Made by a program: the position numbers and the translations under genes. From Gammaproteobacteria bacterium (lineage in GTDB: Bacteria > Pseudomonadota > Gammaproteobacteria > Eutrophobiales > Eutrophobiaceae): DNA of 64,000 bases. Shown here piece by piece: positions 1 to 9,073 of the stretch. The DNA lies in the NCBI GenBank assembly GCA_965220815.1, contig OZ244846.1, forward strand, positions 4,145,045 to 4,209,044, written 5' to 3'. The notes under the pieces were generated by a model. It was not told where the DNA came from, ran no database searches, and saw nothing but the letters and a program-made list of their open reading frames with translations. How positions within the stretch are numbered: the stretch's first letter is position 1; each line of letters starts with the position of its first letter.

Positions 1-179
1 AGGCAGGAATTTCAAGGAAGAAAAAGAGCCTGCTCGCTTATGATGACAAGTATCATCCCTCCAGGCTGGTCAGGACGACACTGATGAACCTGCGGCAAGA
101 TGGCAGGATAATCAATATCCCGTTGTACCTGTTGCACAGGTTTCCGGGCATTGTTCTTGGGGATTCACCTTGAGCAGCA

Positions 180-407
180 TTAAGTATCCGGGGTATCAGG
201 AATTTTGGTGCCCGCCAACTGTCTGGCTTTCTGTTTGACAGATTCCATATTAAGCTCCCCGGTTTGGCCGATCTCAATGCCTTGCGTAATCGCCACCTGA
301 AGGGCGGCAAACTTCTCCGGCCAGCCGTCCTTTGATAGGTCGGGAGCGGTATCCGGGTCAAAATCCCGATGTGTTGAGTCTTCGTTCACGTTGGTTTTCG
401 ACTGCAT
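180..407 (-). CDS. small hypothetical protein (75 aa). Its C-terminal half loosely resembles the ParD-type antitoxin C-terminus, but no RHH N-terminus is evident.
   Basis: ORF track. Stop TAA overlaps the ATG of a 22-codon downstream ORF. No recognisable partner toxin. Confidence 0.3.
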   Translation of the reverse strand: MQSKTNVNEDSTHRDFDPDTAPDLSKDGWPEKFAALQVAITQGIEIGQTGELNMESVKQKARQLAGTKIPDTPDT

Positions 408-465
408 AAGTATGAATTAATGTTATTACAATCAATCGACTTGATTCAAGAACATACCTCTTCCC

Positions 466-509
466 TTGACATTCAGTACGTTAAAGCGTACGTTACTACG
501 ATGGAGGTG
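466..509 (+). promoter_or_regulatory. yefM-yoeB promoter / operator region
   Basis: TTGACA at 466-471. 8-bp direct repeat GTACGTTA at 476-483 and 488-495, 12 bp start-to-start, the geometry known for YefM-YoeB operators built on GTAC cores. GGAGGTG Shine-Dalgarno at 503-509, then ATG at 514. Confidence 0.45.
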
Positions 510-513
510 TATT

Positions 514-756
514 ATGGTCACAGTTAATGCAACAGAAGCTCGTTCCAGGTTATATAACCTGATTGATGAAGCATCCCAAACGCACAAACCGATCGTCATT
601 ACCGGGAAAAGACACAACGCGGTCCTTCTCGCAGAGGAGGACTGGAATGCCATCAATGAAACCCTCCACCTGGTTTCAATTCCCGGTATGCGAGAGTCCA
701 TCATTGAGGGAATGGAGGCCAGCCTTGAAGAATGCGATAAGGAACTCGATTGGTAG
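514..756 (+). CDS. yefM: type II antitoxin, Phd/YefM family
   Basis: MVTVNATEARSRLYNLIDEASQTHKPIVITGKRHNAVLL is a typical YefM N-terminus. ATG at 514 preceded by an SD. The ORF-track start at 466 is an upstream TTG. Confidence 0.85.
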   Translation: MVTVNATEARSRLYNLIDEASQTHKPIVITGKRHNAVLLAEEDWNAINETLHLVSIPGMRESIIEGMEASLEECDKELDW

Positions 757-1016
757 TGTGGGAACTGTATTTTACCCGGCAAGCCAAAAAAGACGCCAAA
801 AAACTGGCCGTTGCCGGCCTCAAAGAAAAAGCCGAAGCATTGCTTGCCATTCTCCAGGAAAATCCATATCAAACCCCGCCCCCTTATGAAAAACTGCTGG
901 GAGATTTGACCGGAACCTACTCCCGGAGAATTAATATTCAACACCGATTGGTTTACCAAGTGCTGGATGACAAAAAAGCCGTAAAAGTATTACGTCTCTG
1001 GACACACTACGAATAG
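750..1016 (+). CDS. yoeB: type II toxin, Txe/YoeB family (RelE superfamily mRNA interferase)
   Basis: Colinear similarity to E. coli YoeB (…SRRINIQHRLVYQV…LRLWTHY). Start is TTG 750 or GTG 756, overlapping the yefM stop (TAGTG). Confidence 0.85.
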   Translation: MVVWELYFTRQAKKDAKKLAVAGLKEKAEALLAILQENPYQTPPPYEKLLGDLTGTYSRRINIQHRLVYQVLDDKKAVKVLRLWTHYE

Positions 1017-1162
1017 TAGTTCTGAATATTGGTATCAAGTACGACAACCCGCACGAATGGTGTCTACTTCATCATCAACCAGTTCGAGAATCTCTCGTGG
1101 GTCATATCCGGCGAAAGAAATTTGACACTACCCGTCTTTCTTCCCTCCATTGGTAATAAACC

Positions 1163-2377
1163 TCAACCGATATTCGGCACGGCGCCGAATACACCGCCCA
1201 GGTACTTTTTATAGTAGTTGTCTACTCTTCTGACCCCGGAGATGTCTTTTAACCCGAATACCTGGGTTCTGCCGTCAGGAGTTTTCTCAGTGAAATAGAT
1301 TTCCTCTTTTTCCAGATGCTCCAGTAAAGATGCGTTGTGGCATGCCATAATTAATTGGGCGTTATGGGGATTGGTTCGTTCATCGTGGAACCAGCCGATG
1401 ATTTCCGGCATCAGGGCCGGGTGAACGTCATTGTCTATTTCATCAAGAACCAGTAATCCTCCTGATTCAAGCACATGGTCAATATAGGGAAACAGGGTAA
1501 AAAACTTTTGTGTGCCCTGCGATTCCAAAATGTATGGCACTTCACAATTTAACCCGGAATGTTTGAAAACAGGCTCTGGTACATGGTTATAAATTGTACT
1601 GATGACAACATTATCGATGCCCAAATCCAGCATTCGTAATTTACTGTTCAGTTTTTTCAGCACATCCTCGTTTGATGCATAAAATTTAGTGATCAGATTC
1701 TCATCAAAATCATTTTTTTGCAGTGTAGATATATTTGTGAAAATTGAATTTAATACCGAAGTGAAAGCATTCGAGACTGCATGGTTATATGGAACCAGTG
1801 TGGGTATGACACTGGCATTATCCCGAAAGGTTTGAAGCGGATAATCTTTTACTTTGACTTTAAATTCGGGGGAATCCTTTATTTGTTCCCTTTCACGATA
1901 GAACAACCTGCGGAATTTACCTTCCGGCGCAAAATACAAGCCTTCTGACTCAACAACAGGCCTGGCTTCTGATTGGAGTAGAGTTTTATTGCCGGGATCG
2001 TGTCGTATCTCCAGGCTGTATCGATAAATACAAGACTTTCCTGCCTCTATCAAATCGCTGTCGAATTCAACTTCAAATCGTGAAATACTATGCTTGGCCT
2101 CTAAATCGAGGAACGGCATCAGGTGTAAAGTATTTGTAGGTGTCAGATTAAACGATTCGGTCAAAAACCACTTTAAAAATCCCAACGCTCGCAATACGGT
2201 CGTCTTACCTGAAGCATTTGCGCCAAAAATTGAAACTACCTTGGGAATCCTGGTAGCGGATATTTCCTTATTAATGGCGAAGCAGGGAGAATCCGGCGCA
2301 TTGCTGGGCACAGCAAGGTCAAGAACCTGTTTGTCCTTAATCGAAAAGAAATTTTCGATTGATATCTTCCTTAGCAT
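1163..2377 (-). CDS. AAA_21 / AAA_15-type ABC-like ATPase (abortive-infection-associated ATPase family), solo
   Basis: Walker A GANASGKTT, Walker B LLVLDEID followed by a His. AT-rich codon usage distinct from neighbours. Confidence 0.7.
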   Translation of the reverse strand: MLRKISIENFFSIKDKQVLDLAVPSNAPDSPCFAINKEISATRIPKVVSIFGANASGKTTVLRALGFLKWFLTESFNLTPTNTLHLMPFLDLEAKHSISRFEVEFDSDLIEAGKSCIYRYSLEIRHDPGNKTLLQSEARPVVESEGLYFAPEGKFRRLFYREREQIKDSPEFKVKVKDYPLQTFRDNASVIPTLVPYNHAVSNAFTSVLNSIFTNISTLQKNDFDENLITKFYASNEDVLKKLNSKLRMLDLGIDNVVISTIYNHVPEPVFKHSGLNCEVPYILESQGTQKFFTLFPYIDHVLESGGLLVLDEIDNDVHPALMPEIIGWFHDERTNPHNAQLIMACHNASLLEHLEKEEIYFTEKTPDGRTQVFGLKDISGVRRVDNYYKKYLGGVFGAVPNIG

Positions 2378-2485
2378 GGCTTTACGACAAAAATAATACT
2401 TATTTACGAAAATAACGTGTTATAAATATGTGTTAAATGTAACATAAGACATTTTTTTGTCGATATCAAGTCTTAACAGATCCTT

Positions 2486-3391
2486 TTACTTATCTTCCAG
2501 CACTCCCCGACACGCGGCCGGCAAATCAGCCATCATAATTTCAGGAGGTTGATCTTCCGGATCCCGCGGCGGCGGATACAGCGCTTCATCGGTGAACCAC
2601 CATTCCAGTTCCTCGTTGCAGCCATCGCCTTCGGGAGGCGGTTCCTGGTCGAGGCACGCGCCTGTTTCCGGGCAATGCAGGCGTACGTGAAAATGGGAGT
2701 CGTGACCCCACCACGGGCGCACCTTGCGCAGCCAGTCGGCATCTTCCTCCGTCCGGTCCCGGCACAGGCGTCGCTTGATCGCCGCGTTTACGAAGATGCG
2801 GGCAACGGCCTCGTCACGCGCCGCGGCCTTGATGATCTTTGAGTGCGCGCCGGTCCAGGTGTCGTTCACCTGCAACCGGTTCGCCGCGACCATGGAGGAC
2901 GAACTGATCTGTTCCCGCTCTGCTGCGCTCAGTTCCAGGCTGTCCGGCGCACGCAGCCAGATATCGGCATCGAGACCAATCTGGTGCGAACGGTGGCTGG
3001 AAACCATGGGCCCGCCGCGGGGATGGCTGATATCTCCCACGTAGAGGCCAGGCCAGCCGGCGCCCTGCGCGGCATCGGATAACCGCTCAATGAACGCGAT
3101 CATTTCCGGATGGCCCCAGTTACGGTTGCGGGACAGGCGCATCGCTTGCCAGCGAGCGCCTGTCTCGGGAAGCTGCGCCGCGCCTGCCAGGCACCCTGCG
3201 GCATAACCGCCGAGCGGGGCAGATGCAGCCTTCGTAGGCGCATCAATCGCACTGAAAGCAAACTTGGCTGGCTGCTCGTCTTGCGCACCTGCGCTGAAAG
3301 CGGTTGAAAAGGTGAGGGCGAATATCAATACCCATCCAGCACGGCGGGCGAGCAGGCTATCTGTGAAAACACTTATATTTGGCTTAAACAA
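2486..3391 (-). CDS. mepA: penicillin-insensitive murein endopeptidase MepA
   Basis: Colinear with E. coli MepA (GHPEMIAFIERL, HQIGLDADIWL, RIFVNAAIKRRLC, WLRKVRPWWGHDSHFHVRL). Signal-peptide-like N-terminus. Confidence 0.75.
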   Translation of the reverse strand: MFKPNISVFTDSLLARRAGWVLIFALTFSTAFSAGAQDEQPAKFAFSAIDAPTKAASAPLGGYAAGCLAGAAQLPETGARWQAMRLSRNRNWGHPEMIAFIERLSDAAQGAGWPGLYVGDISHPRGGPMVSSHRSHQIGLDADIWLRAPDSLELSAAEREQISSSSMVAANRLQVNDTWTGAHSKIIKAAARDEAVARIFVNAAIKRRLCRDRTEEDADWLRKVRPWWGHDSHFHVRLHCPETGACLDQEPPPEGDGCNEELEWWFTDEALYPPPRDPEDQPPEIMMADLPAACRGVLEDK

Positions 3392-3521
3392 GGTACCTGT
3401 TCGGAGAACTGTCTGGGTGACGAAAGGGGGTCGGAATGACGGGCTTAACCAGAAAAATACACCTCCTTATCGTGAATTTTACAGGCCAGGACGAATAATT
3501 CAAGACGATGCTGTTTTCTGA

Positions 3522-3950
3522 CTAATCTGTCGGAGTGAACTCGTCCATACTTGGCGGATAGGTATCATATTTCGGCAGGTCATCGTTGACCTCGCACCAG
3601 CTTGCCTTTGACGGCCAGAACATGTGTGCGGCATGCCCGATTTCAACCTCCCCGTCCAGGGTGGCGGCAGTGGCGGCCAGCACCTCGCCGCCGTTGATTT
3701 CCGCGACCAGGGCGGAACCGCACACGCTGCAGAACAGCCTGGCGGAGTGGGAGCTGGACTGGTAGCGGGCGACCAGTTCCTCGCCTTCCAGCCAGGTGAA
3801 ATGCTTCGGGGCCACAGGTTCGATATAAGTGCCGAACGCGGCGCCGTGGTATTTCTGGCAGAAGGTACAGTGGCAATGATCGATATCATCGGACGTGGTG
3901 TTCACTTCGTAGCGGATTTTTCCGCAAAGGCAACTGCCTTGGGCTTTCAT
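3522..3950 (-). CDS. GFA (glutathione-dependent formaldehyde-activating / CENP-V-like) family protein
   Basis: CLCG…CHC…C and CSVCGS zinc-binding cysteine motifs typical of the GFA domain. Confidence 0.65.
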   Translation of the reverse strand: MKAQGSCLCGKIRYEVNTTSDDIDHCHCTFCQKYHGAAFGTYIEPVAPKHFTWLEGEELVARYQSSSHSARLFCSVCGSALVAEINGGEVLAATAATLDGEVEIGHAAHMFWPSKASWCEVNDDLPKYDTYPPSMDEFTPTD

Positions 3951-3991
3951 GGCGACCTCTGATCAGGTTGAGAACCTGTAGATATTATGCC

Positions 3992-5611
3992 TCATCCATC
4001 CCGCATCTGCTTGAAGCCCGCCACGAACCGGCTCAAGGTGTTGGACATGAGGCCGCGCGCCAGGCTGATGTCGATCAGTTGGAAGCACGTGTCATCCTCG
4101 AAAGCCTGTTCCAGGGCGGTGTGCAGCTCTTTTTTCGTGCCGGCCGAGTGACCGCGGCCTCCCAGGTTGTTGGCCAGGGCGGCGTAGTCCAGCTTGTCCA
4201 GGTCATTGAACGCGGATTCCGGTTGAAACGCCCGCAGCATCTCCCAACTGCTGTTGTTGAATACCAGCACGATGGGGTTCCAGCCGTAGCGCCGGCAATT
4301 GAGCAGTTCCATCCCGGTCATCTGGAATGCCCCGTCCCCCACCAGGATGAGCGGCCGGCGGCCGGTAGCGGCCTGCACCCCCAGGCCGGACGGCACGCCG
4401 TAGCCCATGGTGGCGTAATAACCCGGCGCCACCAGTTCGGTGTATTCCATATCCATGGCCGTGAACAGGCAGTCGCCCATGTCCGCGGCGATGGGCAATG
4501 CGCCGTAACGGTGAAACATGTCGTTCACCGCAGTGGCGATATCCGTGGGCGTGACAGGCGTATCCGTTAATTCCAGGCCTGTCGGGTAATCGGATAAGGC
4601 AGCGTCATGCCGGGGTTTGTCCGGCAGCTTGTTGTTCAGTGCCAGCACCAGTTCCTGCAGGGGGATGTTGTGGTAAGTGTGAAACCCCAGTGACACCGAA
4701 CCGTCGCAGGCCAGGATAGTCCTGCGCAGGTCGATCTTCTTCTCCGAGATACCGAAGTTGGTATCCGACAGTAATACCCCGAGCAGGAACAGGCCGTCGG
4801 AGGACTCGACCAGACCGGTCAGCGCCTGTTCCCCGGCTATCCCCATGTAGGTGCCGCGGAAGTCCACCGGCTGTCCCGCCAGCAGTCCCTTGCCCATGAA
4901 GGTCGTAGCCACAGGGATGCCCAGTTTCCGGCTCAGCAGGGCAACGTCCTGCTCCAGTCCGTAGCGGCGTATCTCCACCCCCACCATCAGCACCGGGGAG
5001 CGGGCCTGTGCCAGGGATTCGATGATCTCATCCGTGCAGGCATCCAGGGCATCGGCGTCGCAGTCACTGGTCAGCGGCAAAATGGGAACCGGATCGCAGG
5101 CATCGAAGACCCTGTCCCGCGGCACTTCAATATAAACAGGACGGGACTCGATAATGCAGTTTTTGAGCGCCCGGGCAATCAGTTCGGGCGCCAGTGCCGG
5201 ATCCTCCAGGATCACCTGGTCGCAGGTCACTTCCCTGTACACCTGCACCTGGGAATTGAGTTGCTTGGCCTGGTGGTGCACCAGCAGGCCGGTGGACTTG
5301 TCCGCCATCCCCGGACCACCGGATATGACGATAACCGGCGATTTTTCCGCGTAGGCCGCGGCGATGGGATTGACCATGTTGAGCGCCCCGGCCCCGTAGG
5401 TAACCGCCGCTACCGAGGGTTTGGAATGGAAACGCGCCGCAGCATCGGCGGCGAACCCCACTGCAGGCTCATGGCTCAGGGTGTACAGCGGCAGGATGCC
5501 GGTCTCTTCGATAACCTTGAATAAAGGTAAGGCAAAATCGCCGGGGATGCCGAAAATCTCTTTCACCCCGTATCCTTGTAAGGCCTTGAGTAATTGCTCG
5601 GCAAGATTCAT
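3992..5611 (-). CDS. thiamine-pyrophosphate-dependent alpha-keto acid decarboxylase (indolepyruvate / phenylpyruvate decarboxylase-like)
   Basis: TPP enzyme N-terminal GIPGDFALPLF, central and C-terminal TPP-binding regions (GDGAFQMT). Start taken at MNLAEQLLKAL (5611). The ORF-track start is 5647. Confidence 0.75.
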   Translation of the reverse strand: MNLAEQLLKALQGYGVKEIFGIPGDFALPLFKVIEETGILPLYTLSHEPAVGFAADAAARFHSKPSVAAVTYGAGALNMVNPIAAAYAEKSPVIVISGGPGMADKSTGLLVHHQAKQLNSQVQVYREVTCDQVILEDPALAPELIARALKNCIIESRPVYIEVPRDRVFDACDPVPILPLTSDCDADALDACTDEIIESLAQARSPVLMVGVEIRRYGLEQDVALLSRKLGIPVATTFMGKGLLAGQPVDFRGTYMGIAGEQALTGLVESSDGLFLLGVLLSDTNFGISEKKIDLRRTILACDGSVSLGFHTYHNIPLQELVLALNNKLPDKPRHDAALSDYPTGLELTDTPVTPTDIATAVNDMFHRYGALPIAADMGDCLFTAMDMEYTELVAPGYYATMGYGVPSGLGVQAATGRRPLILVGDGAFQMTGMELLNCRRYGWNPIVLVFNNSSWEMLRAFQPESAFNDLDKLDYAALANNLGGRGHSAGTKKELHTALEQAFEDDTCFQLIDISLARGLMSNTLSRFVAGFKQMRDG

Positions 5612-5695
5612 TTTTGAGTCATGGTCAAATCTGGTGTATGGCCTCATAGCCAGGCGGCCTGATTATGTTGCTGAACAGTCTCCTCGTTTACTCCA

Positions 5696-7774
5696 TTTAA
5701 CCCAAGTTTAACATTTTCCGCCTGTCGGGACGGGGAATCAGGGTGATTTTGGCGGGTTTTCGGTCGTAACCCATTGATTTATGGTAAGGGGGGAGTAGTG
5801 TAGTGCCATAATATTTATTTTCTTGTTGACTCGCTCCGCCACCCCCGGTATCCTCTCCCCTATGTTCATCCGGCGCACCAAAACCCGCGCCACCACCACC
5901 GGCGAGGCCTACTACACCCACCGCCTGGTGCGTTCCGAACGCATCGGCGAGAAAGTGCGTCAGCGCACGCTGCTCAATCTCGGTCGCCACTTCGACGTCG
6001 CCCGCCAGGACTGGCCCGCACTGTGCCAGCGCATCGACGCGCTGCGCGCCGGTCAGATGGCCCTGTACGCCGATGGTCCGCCGGCGCTGGAGACCCATGC
6101 CCGGCACATCGCCGAACAGTTGCTCGCCCGCGACCGGGACGCACACCGGGAGACGCCGCCGGGCCGGGACCTGCAGGCGGTAGACGTGGGCTCGCTGGCA
6201 CTGGTGCGCCCGCGCTCGGTGGGGGTCGAGCACGTTGCGTTGTGGGCCATCGAGCAACTCGGCCTGCGGGCACGGCTGGAAGCACTCGGCATCGGCCCGT
6301 CCCTGCGCGCGGCGGCGCTCGGCTCGATTGTCGCCCGTCTGGCGCAACCCGGCTCGGAGGCCGCCGCGGCGCGCTGGCTGCGTGAGCGCAGCGCCCTGGG
6401 CGAGCTGCTGGGGGTGGACTTTGAGACTCAGCATCCCATACAGTTGTACCGCGCCTCCGATGCCCTCATGGCGCACCGGGACGCCATCGAGCAGCACCTG
6501 TTCGACCAGGCCATGGACCTGTTCACGCTGGCGCCCACCGTCACCCTCTATGACCTCAGCAACACCTACTTCGAGGGCGAGGCGGCCCAACAGCCCAAGG
6601 CGCGCCGCGGCCACGCCAAGGACAAGCGCACCGATTGCCCGCTGCTCACCCTGGGGCTGGTGCTCGATGCCAGCGGCTTCGTGCGCCGCTCGCAGGTGTT
6701 CGCCGGCAACGTGCGCGAACACCACACCCTGGCCGACATGCTTACCGCACTGGATACGCCGCCCGGCGCCCTGGTGGTCATGGACCGCGGCATCGCCACC
6801 GAGGACCGCCTGGCCTGGCTGCGCGAGCAGGGCTACCGCTACCTGGTGGTCAGCCGCGAACGCACCCGGCAGTTCGACCCCGAGGGCGCGGTGCGCATCG
6901 AGACCGCCTCAAAGCAGGGCGTGCAACTGCAGCGGGTGCTCGATGAGGACGCCGGCGAAGTGCGCCTGTACTGCTACTCCGAAGCCCGCGCCGCCAAGGA
7001 ACAAGGCATCGCCGAGCGCTTCGCCCAACGCCTCGAGACCGCCCTCACGCAACTTAACGAGGGACTGGCCAGACCGCGCACCCGCAAACGTATCGACCAC
7101 GTCCACCAGCGCATCGGACGTATCAAGGAAAACAGCCACGGCATCGCCCAGCACTACGATATCACCGTCGAGACCGACCAGACCGGCCAACGCGCCAGGG
7201 CGGTGCGCTTCACCCGCAACGCCCGGCCCGGCTCCCTGCTCACCCACCCGGGCGTGTACTGCCTGCGCAGCAACCGGACCGACTGGGACGAGGACACCCT
7301 GTGGCGCACCTACTTCATGCTCACCGACGTCGAGGCCGTGTTCCGCTCGTTAAAGTCCGAGCTGGGCCTGCGTCCCATCTACCACCACAAACCACTACGC
7401 GCCGAAGGGCACCTGTTCATCACCGTCATCGCCTACCAGTTGGTGCAGGTGATCCGGACCCGCCTGCGTAAGGCTGGCGAACACGCCAGTTGGACCACCC
7501 TGCGCCGCATCCTGGCAGGACAACAACGCATCACCGCCACCTTCCGCCGGGATGACGGGCGCACCCTGCACGTGCGCAAGGCCACCCTGGCCGAGCCGCC
7601 GCAGCAGGCAATCTACGATGCGCTGGGCATTGATTCATCACCGGGAGGTGTCCGCAAAAACCTCGTCTGAACCCTTCGACCTGGACCCCGGCGTCCACAT
7701 GTAGTGCCACTCGGCTGGCCAGATCTTCGTAACTGGCTGATATACAACAAGTTCGTAAAGACCTATGTTAAAGA
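5696..7774 (+). mobile_element. IS1634-family insertion sequence (IS4 superfamily)
   Basis: GC-rich body 5823-7680 between AT-rich flanks. Imperfect 18-bp inverted repeat TTAACCCAAGTTTAACAT (5696-5713) / ATGTTAAAGATGGGTTAA (7757-7774, 16/18 matching). Direct copies of GTAGTGCCA at 5799 and 7701. Exact ends are uncertain. Confidence 0.5.
5862..7670 (+). CDS. IS1634-family transposase
   Basis: N-terminus MFIRRTKTRATTTGEAYYTHRLVRSERIGEKVRQRTLLNLG is the hallmark of IS1634-type transposases. DDE region present downstream. Confidence 0.8.
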   Translation: MFIRRTKTRATTTGEAYYTHRLVRSERIGEKVRQRTLLNLGRHFDVARQDWPALCQRIDALRAGQMALYADGPPALETHARHIAEQLLARDRDAHRETPPGRDLQAVDVGSLALVRPRSVGVEHVALWAIEQLGLRARLEALGIGPSLRAAALGSIVARLAQPGSEAAAARWLRERSALGELLGVDFETQHPIQLYRASDALMAHRDAIEQHLFDQAMDLFTLAPTVTLYDLSNTYFEGEAAQQPKARRGHAKDKRTDCPLLTLGLVLDASGFVRRSQVFAGNVREHHTLADMLTALDTPPGALVVMDRGIATEDRLAWLREQGYRYLVVSRERTRQFDPEGAVRIETASKQGVQLQRVLDEDAGEVRLYCYSEARAAKEQGIAERFAQRLETALTQLNEGLARPRTRKRIDHVHQRIGRIKENSHGIAQHYDITVETDQTGQRARAVRFTRNARPGSLLTHPGVYCLRSNRTDWDEDTLWRTYFMLTDVEAVFRSLKSELGLRPIYHHKPLRAEGHLFITVIAYQLVQVIRTRLRKAGEHASWTTLRRILAGQQRITATFRRDDGRTLHVRKATLAEPPQQAIYDALGIDSSPGGVRKNLV

Positions 7775-7778
7775 TGGG

Positions 7779-9062
7779 TTAAACTTTGTTAAACAAAAAT
7801 TTCTTATTCACCAGGATGAAAGATAAAAACACGTAGATGGAAAAACCAATAACAATCGCGTCTACTGCAGGAACGGTTGTAAATACAATCATCTTATTAT
7901 CTGACAGGTAACCTGTTAATGAACCCAGAATCCAGGCAAGAAACGCTACGGGATTATACCGGGGGGCGCGTTGCAATGCTTCATCAGTATAACGCTGTTT
8001 GTGTAACCAAAAATAATCCGCCAGGTAAACACCGGCAACGGGCGGTATCATGAAAGCAAGAAATTTCAGGAAATAAAGAAAGTTATCCAGGATCGGCAGC
8101 ATGGCTATCAACGTACCTGCAAAACCGACGACGATAACCAGCTTCCATTTAGCCACTGTCTCCGCGATGGTGGCAAAGACCAGGGACGCGGAATAAAGGT
8201 TATAAGCGTTAGTGGTCCAGGTAGCCAACAGCAATAATGTAAGGCCAGGCACACCCAGACCGACAATAAGGATAACCTTTAGAAAGTCTGCTTCAGCGGT
8301 GGCGACGACCGGTATCGCGGCAAGTAATAAAACAACAGGCACTCCGAGCCCGAAGCTAAATGACGCCGCCTGAACAGCATCAGTAGGTGAACGAGCATAG
8401 CGGCAAACATCGGGAAACATGGTCGTAGCAACAATGAAACCACCAATTCCGGCAGAAATCCCTTCCGTGAGCCCCATCTTCGCCTCATGATCAACGTTCA
8501 ATCCAAAAGAAGTGGCTGCCACGTAAACCAGCCAGCCCAGCAAGCACACCATGATCGGTACCGCCAGCTTGGACAAACGGTCCAACCCTTTAAAGCCAAA
8601 AATGGCAACCGCAATCATTAATCCTGAAGCCATAACCAGGTAGAAACGATGGCTTAATGGCTCCCCTCCCATGTCGCGCACTATGACCTCGACGGCGCGC
8701 GCAAACATATCAACGGTGGCGCCATACCACCCCAGCACGGTAATGCCGATAAATGCGCTGACAATTCTGGCGCCCGTATGGCCGAATGAATACCGGATGA
8801 TAACCCAGGTTGTCAGCCGGGTGCGTGCAGCGAGCACCCCGGTAGCGCCGGCAATAACGGACAATGCGATACCTGCAATGAAAAAAGCCACAATAGCCTG
8901 CTTAAGTCCCAGGGCACTGGCCAGTTGCGCCCCCACCAGAAACACCGGCAGGGTAATCATCGCACCTACAAGAACAACTGTGATCTTTAACCCGCTGACG
9001 GTTATCGAATCCGGCACGCGGTGGCGAGAGTAATCTTCAGTCAGTTGATCGAAATTCCGCAT
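7779..9062 (-). CDS. NCS1 family nucleobase:cation symporter (cytosine/purine/hydantoin permease-like)
   Basis: 12-TM profile and an N-terminal region typical of CodB/NCS1 permeases. Confidence 0.75.
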   Translation of the reverse strand: MRNFDQLTEDYSRHRVPDSITVSGLKITVVLVGAMITLPVFLVGAQLASALGLKQAIVAFFIAGIALSVIAGATGVLAARTRLTTWVIIRYSFGHTGARIVSAFIGITVLGWYGATVDMFARAVEVIVRDMGGEPLSHRFYLVMASGLMIAVAIFGFKGLDRLSKLAVPIMVCLLGWLVYVAATSFGLNVDHEAKMGLTEGISAGIGGFIVATTMFPDVCRYARSPTDAVQAASFSFGLGVPVVLLLAAIPVVATAEADFLKVILIVGLGVPGLTLLLLATWTTNAYNLYSASLVFATIAETVAKWKLVIVVGFAGTLIAMLPILDNFLYFLKFLAFMIPPVAGVYLADYFWLHKQRYTDEALQRAPRYNPVAFLAWILGSLTGYLSDNKMIVFTTVPAVDAIVIGFSIYVFLSFILVNKKFLFNKV

Positions 9063-9073
9063 CTGTATCGTGC

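Noticed and set aside
53-361. 102-aa minus-strand ORF at the window start
   Set aside because: Overlaps the 180-407 ORF in another frame and reads through the promoter-like region. Arg-rich with no features.
1171-1191. 8-bp-stem hairpin TATTCGGC-acggc-GCCGAATA followed by a T-run, looked like a terminator after yoeB
   Set aside because: It lies inside the 3' coding region of the AAA ATPase (minus strand), so it is not intergenic.
5697-7353. Long alternative-frame and antisense ORFs inside the IS1634 body (5697-6725, 5974-6285, 6235-7353 and others)
   Set aside because: These are typical artefacts of very GC-rich sequence: Arg/Pro/Ala-rich products with no domain features, all overlapping the bona fide transposase frame.
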